64,000 bases of DNA from Lama guanicoe (Eukaryota), in contig MU053216.1 of NCBI GenBank assembly GCA_013239625.1, positions 2,134,943 to 2,198,942 on the forward strand. The letters are read 5' to 3'. Below, one piece after another: positions 12,040 to 21,521 of this stretch. The translations under genes and the position numbers were made by a program. How positions within the stretch are numbered: the first letter of the stretch is position 1; each line of letters starts with the position of its first letter. A model generated the notes under the pieces. That model did no database searches. It saw nothing but the letters and a program-made list of their open reading frames with translations, and had not been told where the DNA came from.

Positions 12040-12315
12040 GTGAGAGTGTATCTCTGACTCCTCCCCCCACCCACACTTTCTTCTTTTGGCTGGCAGGAAC
12101 ATAGATATGATGGCTGGTGCTCCAACAGCCTTCTTAGATTGTGAGGAAAAAACCATTACTAAGACTTGAAAAGCCCTGACAGTAGAGATTTTACAGTAGA
12201 GACCAATATCAGCTCTGGGAGGGTTCTTTTGAATGAAAGAGAAATACAAACTTTCATAGTTAAAGCCACTATTGTTTGCCCATTTCCACCTGTAGTTGGA
12301 CCTAACCCTCATGAA
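12040..12315. mobile_element. MaLR LTR fragment (MLT1J/K-like)
   Basis: GATATGATGGCTGGTGCTCCAACAGCCTTCTTAGATTGTGAGG and TTAAAGCCACTATTGTTTG resemble old MLT1 LTRs. Confidence 0.5.
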
Positions 12316-12334
12316 TATATTCTATATTCAGTAC

Positions 12335-12500
12335 CATCCATGCATCTCAGACTGTCATGTGCATTCAGATCATCTGGAGGTCTTATTAAAGTGTAGATTC
12401 TGATGCAGTGGGTCTCAGGTGGGATCTGAGAATTGTATAAGCTCCCAGGTGACGCTGAAGTTGCTGACTGGGCCATAGATCACACTTGGAAGAGCAAAGT
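12335..12500. mobile_element. MER5-family hAT-Charlie MITE
   Basis: CAGATCATCTGGAGGTCTTATTAAAGTGTAGATTCTGATGCAGTGGGTCT...AAGCTCCCAGGTGACGCTGA...CACACTTGGAAGAGCAA. Confidence 0.75.
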
Positions 12501-12979
12501 AGAAAGAGCTGGTGCCAGAATTAGCACCTAGGGTGTTCAGACATCGAAGTCCATGCTTTTCCCTTTATGTCCGGCTTCCCCCGTAGTGTTGTCACTTTTG
12601 TAACTTCCCCTTACACCCAAAGTATCATCATCGTAGTTTTAAACCAGTTAATGCTTTAATAACTTGTTTCCTTGGCAACTTTAGAATAAAATGTAGGCTC
12701 TTCATGTAAAATATAATTGTTTGGTTCAGGAGAGGTTGGTTGACGTGGAGTGAAACTAAAGGGATGGTGGCAGGAGTCATGCGCTAATTTCAATTAATGT
12801 AATGATTTAGTTGATATGCAGTTCATTGTCTTATGATTGATTCTGAAGAGCACTAAGTATCGTATGAGCTAACGGGAATAATACAATTACATTGTGAAAG
12901 TCTGATGAATAATACAGTTATGTTACGTGAATCATCTTTGTGGGCTAAATTGATGGTAAATTCTTTGTAAATTAGGCTC

Positions 12980-13115
12980 TTTGGGGAAATATCTAGAACT
13001 TCTGTTGCCCAGGCTGGAACCCAGCCCAGTGGACCTGAATCTCTAGGGGTGGGTCCCAGACATCAGAACTTTTCAGAGCTCCCCTGGGATTTCAATGTGC
13101 AACCAAGGTAACCAC
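12980..13115. mobile_element. MER5A-like hAT MITE fragment
   Basis: GAATCTCTAGGGGTGGGTCCCAGACATCAG...GCTCCCCTGGGATTTCAATGTGCAACCAAGG. Confidence 0.65.
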
Positions 13116-13464
13116 CCCCTGACCTAAATAGATGTTTTCACTGCAAACCCCATACCTATTTCAAAAACCCTTCAACCTTTATAGTAAATATGAAATATCA
13201 AATGATTTTTCTTGGAGTTTCTTTTGTCTGAATCAAGCATTACAACACAATTACTTGAATATCTTAGCATCTGGAGTGTATGTTTACTACGGAAGTATGA
13301 GATGTCATTTGTTAAGGTACTCGTGGAGTTCAAGTGATCCTGTGTAATAATCGAAAAGAGTCTGTATAAATCAGGGGCACCGCCTCGTGTATTAATGATT
13401 ATTCAAACCACATATTCCTGAAAAATCGACAGTCATTATTATATGCAGAACACATTTTTATGTC

Positions 13465-13941
13465 CATGTGCTCCTTTTGCCCTTCCAGGGACCGCCCCCC
13501 CCACCTCCTCCCCGCTGCGGAGTTATATGGGCAATGACCGTGGTGCCCACACCCTCCAGCTTCTGGCTGGCTTAGGCTGGTGGGGGCCCTGTCCACCCAC
13601 CCCCGGATCTAAAGGGTAGGAGAGAAATAAAGCATTTATTTCCTTGGTTTCTTTCAAGGTTTCCTCAGACTGGCTGTCTCCCTCCCCTGAAGGTCACTGC
13701 TGCCTTCAAGGTCACCTTCCGTCCTGGCGCGCTCCCATTTTGGGTCCTTACTTCTCCCTCCCGTGACTGCAAGCCTCGGAGCGGAGACCCTGTGAGGCTG
13801 GGCCTGTTGCCTGCACTGTCCGTGGTGCTGACTCAGCGCTCCACTCACAACTTTGTAGTTGTCTCCGTGGAAGCAAACCCTCCACAGATCGTCCCATTTT
13901 GACTGTGCCTTTTGTTTCCTGTTGGGACCCTAGCTGATCCA
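13465..13941 (+). mobile_element. ERVL solo LTR (LTR33-like)
   Basis: The 3' end TTTTGACTGTGCCTTTTGTTTCCTGTTGGGACCCTAGCTGATCCA and the internal CAGCTTCTGGCTGG...GCATTTATTTCC resemble LTR33. Confidence 0.6.
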
Positions 13942-14411
13942 GTGCCTAATAAAAACTGAGGTGAGGAAATCTGCCCTGAGATGGCACCAGTGATGAGACA
14001 ACAGCTGGGAGGCCCTGGGCTGCCACTCCACTGTGACGCATCCCAGCGTCCACCCTGAGCATGAGAATAACTGGTTTCTAAAAGTATGTTTGCCTGTGTT
14101 TTCACACAAGTTAAACTCTGCAGTCTGTTCACCGCTGTGTTATCTGACAGCAACAGCTTGAGGATGCCATGAGTGCGGAAGTCTACCCAGCTGCCCTCAG
14201 CATGTTCCCTCTGCAGTGTTTGCTGTTCCCAATATTTGCCCTGTATTTTCCTTTTCCATCTGTGTCTCACCTCATCCTTTTACTTCCTCCTAGAATTCGA
14301 GGTCTGGATTAAACACCCTCTCTGCCCTGAGGTTCTCTCTGATTTTTCCTCAGTTGAAGGGAAAGCTGTTCTCCTATGAAACCTACTTTGTTATCTACAT
14401 GTCTTGTGCCT

Positions 14412-14505
14412 CTTTTTTTCTTTTCTAAATGGAGGGACTGGGGATGGAACTCAGGACCTCGTGCATGCTAAGCAGGCGCTCCACCACTGAGCTGTACCCT
14501 CGCCC
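14412..14505 (-). mobile_element. Camelid tRNA-derived SINE (vic-1 type)
   Basis: The minus strand reads GGGCGAGGGTACAGCTCAGTGGTGGAGCGCCTGCTTAGCATGCACGAGGTCCTGAGTTCCATCCCCAGTCCCTCCATTT plus an A-rich tail, with A-box and B-box-like motifs. Confidence 0.9.
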
Positions 14506-14919
14506 GTCTCACTGTTCTTCCTACTCTGAGTCTCACATCCACCCCTGACAGCTGGCCGTCCGGGACAGGCAGCAGTGCTCGCCTGGGCATTGTTTTTCGT
14601 GCTGTAAAGTGGGGATGGATGATGAGTTGTGAGGCTTGTATCATGTAAGGGAGGTGAAGTGTTTCCCTCAGTGGCTGGCACGTGGCAGGCGACCCCTGTT
14701 AGCCACTGTGATGTCATTGTGCCATTGGGGTAGATCCGCGTGGGCACATCACCCTGCAACACGCGTCAGGGACGATGCCGAGTTCACCTTTGCACTCTCA
14801 GCACCGAGCAGAGAGACCCGGCTCGGAGTTGGTGGGAGGGAAGCCGGCTGGTTCGGTCAGCGTTCATTTAATAAAAAGGAGGCAGTCTGGTGCTGTGGTT
14901 GCACTTAGACCGAGACACT

Positions 14920-15130
14920 TACCTCCTGGGTTGAAAGTCTGGGTTCCGGTACTTGCTGTTCGTGTGCCCGTGAGCAGACGGAGCCCTCTCGCCGCGCCTC
15001 AGCCTTCTCATCCGTGATGTGGAGACGACAGTGTGGCGCCCCCTGGTAGGGCTGTTGAGGTCTAGGTGACATAATTGTGTAAGGCACTTGGCACCATGCC
15101 TCGAGGGTGGTCAGCGTTCAGTGAGTCAGG
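14920..15130 (-). mobile_element. MIR SINE, heavily GC/CpG-substituted
   Basis: Colinear with the MIR core: CTGGGTTGAAAG...GCCTCAGCCTTCTCATCCGTGATGTGGAG...TAGGGCTGTTGAGG...TGTAAGGCACTTGGCAC. Confidence 0.75.
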
Positions 15131-16099
15131 GGCGCATCACAGGAATCACAGGATTAGGAAGCAGCCCGCCGGGGGCGAAGACTGCCCGGAGGCAGAGTGC
15201 TCTGCTTCAGGGGTTATTGCCGGAGAGCTTCCACGCGCCGAAAGCCTTGCAGTGCAAACGGCGTTCTCCCGATGGGCAAGGAAAGCATTCTGAGGCTGAG
15301 GTGACGCCAGGACAGGGCATCCTCGTCTAAAACCGCTCTAGTGACGTGAAAAAGATTCATACAGTCTGTCTCTCGCCAAAGGATATGTCGGACATGAGAT
15401 TTACACGTCCTAAGTGTTCTGCCGTGTGATCCGTGCCATTTGTCTGCGTGTCAGTAGCTCTGTGATCACTCCTGGGGAGGACCCATCCACTTCCCGCTGA
15501 CCTCCCCCGTCCTCGCCGTCCATCCCTCATCACGCCCCGATGTGCGCTCTGACGTATGGCCCCAAGCCCAGGTGAAGCTGGGCGGCCGGCTGAGATAGAC
15601 GGGAGCCGCGTCCTGCCGTGATTCATTCTAATTCCGCCCAAATCCCACTAATGGAGAAGTCAGTGCGGTCGGGGAGGAAGAGGGATGTGGCTCCTCCTGC
15701 TGCCGTTCTTTCTCCAGACACTGCCCCCCGTGAGCTGTTGGCGCTGGAGAGCTGGAATCAATAGCTTGTAGAACAGTAAGACCAGCGTGGAAAAGATTCA
15801 GATTTCCTGCCTGTGAACGCAGTGGGAACAGGACTGCTGTGCTCAGCCGCCGAGGTGAGCCTGACCTTCGCTGGCTGACGGATGGAAGGCGCCAGCAGAG
15901 GAAGAGATAAAAGAGGAGCACGGGGACGATGCGGCTGTGAACATGAGATCAGCGCCATCGTCGCTTTAACTCTGGGAACAGACTGACATGTCACTTCACT
16001 GTTGAACTAAGAGCAGATCTCAGCTCGAGTGAAACAGTACATTTCTTCCTCTTCTTCCTTCTTCCATTGCTAAGCTATAATATATTCAGTAACCTTTTC

Positions 16100-16242
16100 T
16101 TTAAAAATTAAAAAAAGTATGTAATTTTGAAAGGTTACTTTCCATTTGCAGTTATTACAATATGTTGGCCATTTTCCCCACGTTGTAAACACATCCTCGA
16201 GCCTGTCTTCCGTGCCGTAGTTTGTACCTCCCTCTTCCCCAC
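16100..16242 (-). mobile_element. Short camelid-type L1 3' end
   Basis: AAAGGTTACTTTCCATTTGCAGTTATTACAATATGTTGGCCATTTTCCCC; same family as the copy starting near 30345. Confidence 0.75.
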
Positions 16243-17477
16243 AGTGGCAGATTCTTGAAGAAGGCTCGGAAACGGAGAGCCCAGAGGGGTGACTCTCACT
16301 AAGACTATGTCTGGGTTCATTCCACCGAGCCACGCACATTTCCTAAACACTAAGTTCACCTACGATTATTTTTTAAAGACCAAGGATTGGTATTGTTTAT
16401 CTCAAAATTCTAACTGGGGCTGGTAGTTCGGAGGTCAGATTTTTCTACGTTTAAAATACACACTGAAGGAGATTTGTGGTTCTGCGTTCTCCCAATATGG
16501 GCTGCTCTCGAAATAGTAGGCATTTCCACTGTATTTCTGCAAAGCGTTTTAGAATCTTATTAGAAAACATGGAGGAAAGAAATTGCCTTGCAGGTTAGAT
16601 CAATGCTTGTCTCTGCGTAGAGGTTGTTTCAGTCACAGGTAGATGCGTGTGGGCTGAGATTTGAAATTCCACGTTAGCTACATTCAGAAGAAACCCAATT
16701 TCCTGTATTAAAAATGTCATTAAAAGTTTTCTGAAAATTTATCAATAGCTTATAAAGCTTTCCGTGTGATCAAATCACCCCCACAAAATTTCCTCCTGGT
16801 GATTTAAGAGTAAAGAATCAGACGTATCTAAACTTCTTCAAATAAATGTGGATTTGAAAACTAGGAGGAAAAAATCCGTTCTTAGCATGTGTTATGAATT
16901 TGAAGATACATCATTCAAGAAAGAGTTCAAGGTGCTCACTGAAGCAGAGGGTCCAGAGAGGCATTTTGAGATGTAAGACTGCTGAGTTTACAACACCCCA
17001 GGAAACGGAGACTCTTAACTTAGGTGAAAAACAAACACTTGGAAAATGAAGCCAATTTGAATACAATGAAGAGCTGAATTTATGGAAAAGTCCTGCTCAG
17101 CATCACATGGGGAGAGTTCCTTTTCTGAATATAAGTAAACACCAGTCTACTTATCCACTAATTCACCTTTACAAAGCCAGACTTTCCCCGTCTTGCTGGA
17201 CGATTTCTGGGTTTGAATTTAGGTAAATATTCAGGGAGACCTGACAGCATGGGGTGCAACCTGCAGTGACAAAGTCAGTGCCTGTCGCTTCCTCCAGCGT
17301 TCTTACTGTCTCTGGAATGGCTGGTACACAGGTTGGAACCAGTGATGCTGTTGGTGAATTGTTCCTCTGAGTTGCTACCATTTTAGACTTGAAGTTTTTA
17401 GGGTGTGATTAGCCTTGATGTGTTTTTCATCTAAACAAGTACAGGTATCTTATGTTTGTTCCTCAAAATCTATCTTT

Positions 17478-17795
17478 TTCGAAGGCATTAATGAACTCAT
17501 CTACAAGACAGAAACAGACTCACAGACATAGGAAACAAACTTAAGGTTACTGGGGGGAGGGGGGTGGGGAGGGGTAAATTGGGACTGCGCCATCTGCAGA
17601 TACTCACTACTATGTATAAAATAGATAAACAACAGATTTCTTCTGTATGGCACAGGGAACTATATTCAATACCTGCTCGTAACCTATGGTGAAAAATAAT
17701 ACGAAAACGAATATATGTATGTGTGTGCATGACGGGGACATTGTGCTGCACACCAGAAACTGACATGTTGTAACTGACTGTACTTCAGTTGAAAA
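17478..17795 (+). mobile_element. 5'-truncated L1 3' end
   Basis: AATGAACTCATCTACAAGACAGAAACAGACTCACAGACATAG...GTAACTGACTGTACTTCAG plus an A tail. TSD-like AAAATCTATCTTT / AAAATCTACCTTT. Confidence 0.9.
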
Positions 17796-19361
17796 AAATC
17801 TACCTTTATCTATCCCAGTGGGTATTCTGGCGTAAGAATGGGATCCTGATCAGAAGAAATCTCAAGAAAATGTAAAGTATAAATTCTTTAATAAAAATGT
17901 AACCAACTGTTGAATAAAATCTCTGCTGGGAAACCGCTGAGACCGTGCTGAACGTGTTTGGGTGTTTGGGTTGCGTAGACGTTCTCTCTCCAGACGAGGT
18001 AAAGCAGTAGTCACTGAGAAGCGCTGACGCGGAAGCCTTAGAGCAAGGGTTCACAACTATGATGTAATTGAAATGGTAAATACCGTAATGATGATATTTT
18101 ATAAATTTATAATTAGAGAATATAAATAGTACCAGCATCACCTCTCACTGCAGATGTCTCGTAATCGCTGTCGAGAGACTTAAGAGAGTGCCGCTGCTTC
18201 CGGGAGACTTTTCTAGTTTTGAGATTGTGAAAAATGCTGCTTTGCCTGATCCTTCTAATGCGAACACGAGATGGATGTTTTCCAGCCATCTCTCTCCGCT
18301 GAACCAGGTATAACATTTTGAAGAGCCAGAGAAAGGTTGAGTTAGTGGCCCTCGCCAGTACCTGCGAAGGTAATTAAGGGAGTAACTTAGTAGAAATACT
18401 GGTTGTTTCACACGTTAGTTACGTAACGTGGTGTAACAGGGTCAGCTCAAGACCAGAAAGGCGCGCTGCAGAGTACACGCACGTCGGCTCGGAGATGCCG
18501 GTTCCTGAGCTGGTTTTTGTAGAATTACAGCAGCAACTGATTTAAACACTTAAGAAAGTGAGTTGAAGATTCTACAAGAATAAGGATCAAAAAGACCACC
18601 GAGAGACGCCGTGCCCTACAAAGCCATCAGCATAATTTTCATTAACTGTCTGTCATAGCAGTTCATGCATATCATTGCTGCTAGATGATCCTGAACGTTC
18701 ACTGGAAATTGAAGCCTGGGAATCAGGGACTATTCAGAGCATTTCACTAAAGACGCCCAGGGCACCAAAATATTTGCAGTAGACCTCGTACGTGCCCGTA
18801 GCTCAAGATAGACACTGATTGTAACATGTTAATAATTCCTTTATACTGTCCCGTAGGGGCCTTTATCAAGCATATTGAGACGTCCATGCATTTCTCAAGA
18901 TTATAAAAACCTCCCCAATGATGTTGTTTACAACTACTTTGTCCGTGTGCAGTGTGACTTCTCCAGAAGGAGCTTGCCCTCAATTCCCTGATGTAATAAA
19001 GAAAAAACTCTTTGAGGAGAAACGCAAAGAATCCACATCCGAAGCATGTATGCCATTCGGAGAGTCTGATTTTAGGAAACTCTTAAGGGTTTCCCAAGGT
19101 TTTGTACTCTCCTGCAGTGCTGGAGGCGTCTAGGGGAGAATCTGCATTCTTCTCTCTGAATTTGGCTGTTGTACCAATTCCCTTGAAATGGAAGTATTTC
19201 CCTTATGTTTCAGGAAAAACTGTAGAAAAACTTGGTCACCAAATCAAATGAATTTTTCTCAGAACAACAGTTTCTGTATCTCTGCACCAGTTGTGCTGGA
19301 GCGGAGACCTGGTGAATATTAAAGTAACACGAAGTGCAGATGCTGAATGGATTTTCCAATG

Positions 19362-19530
19362 TTTTTTAAATTGAAGTATAGTCGATTTACAATGTTGTGT
19401 TAATCTCTGGTGTACAGCATAGTGATTCATACACATACACACATACATATTCCTTTTTATATTCTTTTCCATTGTAGGTCATTACAAGGCTTTGAATATA
19501 GTTCCCTGTCCTATAGGGTAGGACCTTGTT
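19362..19530 (-). mobile_element. Short L1 3' end
   Basis: TTTTAAATTGAAGTATAGTCGATTTACAATGTTGTGTTAAT...GAATATAGTTCCCTGT. Confidence 0.9.
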
Positions 19531-19545
19531 TTTGAAATATCAAGA

Positions 19546-19632
19546 TTTTTTTTAATGGAGGCACTGGGGATGGAACCCAGGACCTCGTGCGTGCTCAGCA
19601 CACGCTGTCCCACTGAGCTCTACCCTCCCCCC
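19546..19632 (-). mobile_element. Camelid vic-1-type SINE
   Basis: TTTAATGGAGGCACTGGGGATGGAACCCAGGACCTCGTGCGTGCTCAGCACACGCTGTCCCACTGAGCTCTACCCTCCCC. Confidence 0.9.
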
Positions 19633-20777
19633 TTAACTTTTTAATTTCAAAATAATTTTAGTCTTCCAGGAAGGTTGTAATAATAGGACAGAGTTCCTGT
19701 ATCTTTCTCACCCAGATTCCTCTACTGTCAGCATCTTCTGAAAGCCTGGTAAAGTTATCAAAACTAAGAAGTTACCCCTAGTACGATGCTATCAACTGAA
19801 CTATGGATTTTGTTTGGGTTTTGCCAGTTTTCCCATTTTCATCTGTTCCAGCACCCAAGCCGGGCTCTCACGCTGCATTTAGTTACAACCTGTAACATCT
19901 TCTCTGTCTTTTCTTGTGCTTCGCAGCTTAATTTACAGGGAAATGCCCTGGTCAGTTATTATGTAAGCTACGTCTCAGTTTGGGTTTATCTGATGTGTCC
20001 CGGTGGGACACTGAGGTCGTACGGTTTTGCTGAAAGCACCACAGGTGTGCTGTGCCTGTCTCAGTGGTGACATCAGGAGGCATGTGATGTCATGTGTCTC
20101 ATTACTGGTGGCATTTATTTGTTATAGTGTGTATTCCATTTTGAGTGCCTCCCATCTCCTGGTTGATTATTTTCTAATTTACACACATGAAAGAAAGAAA
20201 GAAGGAAAGAAGGTAAGAAAGAAACCTCACTGTTTGTGGTAACAGTTCCACAGGTTTTGATGAATGCAGTCGTGCTTTCATCACCAGTCATGGTGCAGCA
20301 CATTTTTATTCCCCTCTCTCTCATTTTGCACCTTTGCAGTGAATCCCCCTCCACATCCCACCTTTTCAACTGCTGATTTGTTTCAGTTCCTGTAGTTTCC
20401 CCTGAGTAAAATGCATTTAAGATTTCTCTTCTGTCTTTTTTTTTTTTTTTGGTGTGTGTAAGCCAGGTTTGCCCCACTTCACTGCTGAATGGTGTTCCGT
20501 TGTAAGATGTAGCACAGCTTCCTGACACATTCAGTTGAGCATCTGTTTTTGATGATTGTAGGTAAAGCTGCTATAAGCATCTGCATGCAGATGCAGGTCC
20601 GGGCTCAGTTCTTTCCCATAAGGGTGTCCAGTTTCTCCAGCATCACAAAATTGCCTTTGCACTTTTCTAAAGATTCAGTTGACTAGATCTGTCTGGGTCC
20701 ACCTCTGGACTTCTGTTCTATTAGTCGTTGACTCTGTCTTTTCATTGTTACCATGTCGTCTTTATTACTGTCACTTT

Positions 20778-21155
20778 TGTTAAAGAAAAGTTAACCAAGT
20801 ACATTTGAAGCTGTAATTGGCTTTATTCAGGGATTCACGAATCAGGCAGCACACTGTGCAGCAAGTACAAAGCAGCTCCGAGGAGCTGTGCAGAATGAAA
20901 GAGGCAGAAAGAGGCAGGGCGAGGAAGCTGCTCCAGCAAAGGTGGATTGTTTCAGCTGAGGCGCCTTCCTGCGGGGAAGGATGGGGTCTGTCGCCCAGGT
21001 GACCTCCTAGGGCTGAAGGTCATTCCAGACTGGCTACGGGGCGCGTTCCTGGGAGGGGCCGAAACTGCTGTCAGGGACGGTCCTAAGTGGTGGTTTGCTG
21101 GTATGGGGCTTCGCACAAGTGGCTCGGTCTTGGGCCTGTTGTTCCTTTTTCAACA
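20778..21155 (-). mobile_element. ERV1-type solo LTR (378 bp) nested in L1, with a 4-bp TSD
   Basis: Termini TGTT...AACA. TSD CTTT at 20774-20777 and 21156-21159. Removing the insert rejoins the L1 motif TTACTGTCACTTTGTAGTAAGTCTTGAAATC. Minus-strand AATAAA at ~20822. Confidence 0.85.
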
Positions 21156-21367
21156 CTTTGTAGTAAGTCTTGAAATCGGGAGTATGAGTATCAGCTTTGT
21201 TCTTTTCAAAATTATTGGGACTCTTCTGGTTCCTTTCTCTTTCCATGTACATTTTAAAATCAGCTTGTCAGTCTCTTCCTCCCCTAGAAAAACCCCATCT
21301 TGCCTGGATTGTGATTGAAATTATAATGAATCTATAGATAATTATTAAGCCTCCACAATGCTGTCTT

Positions 21368-21521
21368 TACAATATTGTCCAACATTATGATATAATATTG
21401 TACAATGTTATAATATTTCACAATTATCATAAAATTACAACACACTTGCAGTGTAACATAATGCATTTTGATATATTATACAATATTACAATATTATAAT
21501 ATTGTAATACAGTATTATAAT
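21368..21521. repeat. AT-rich low-complexity expansion containing a 26-bp perfect palindrome
   Basis: Repeated ACAATATT/ATAATATT units; TATTACAATATTATAATATTGTAATA at 21484-21509 is its own reverse complement. Confidence 0.85.

Noticed and set aside
14431-14505. tRNA-like sequences here and at 19.6 and 45.4 kb
   Set aside because: They are divergent copies with A-rich tails, and one has a clear TSD. They are SINEs, not tRNA genes.
16184-16200. TGTAAACACATCCTCGA resembles miR-30
   Set aside because: It has a 2-nt insertion, lies inside an L1 3' UTR and has no precursor hairpin.
18113-18411. Exon-like segment with splice-like signals on both strands
   Set aside because: No recognisable peptide and no convincing acceptor-donor pair.
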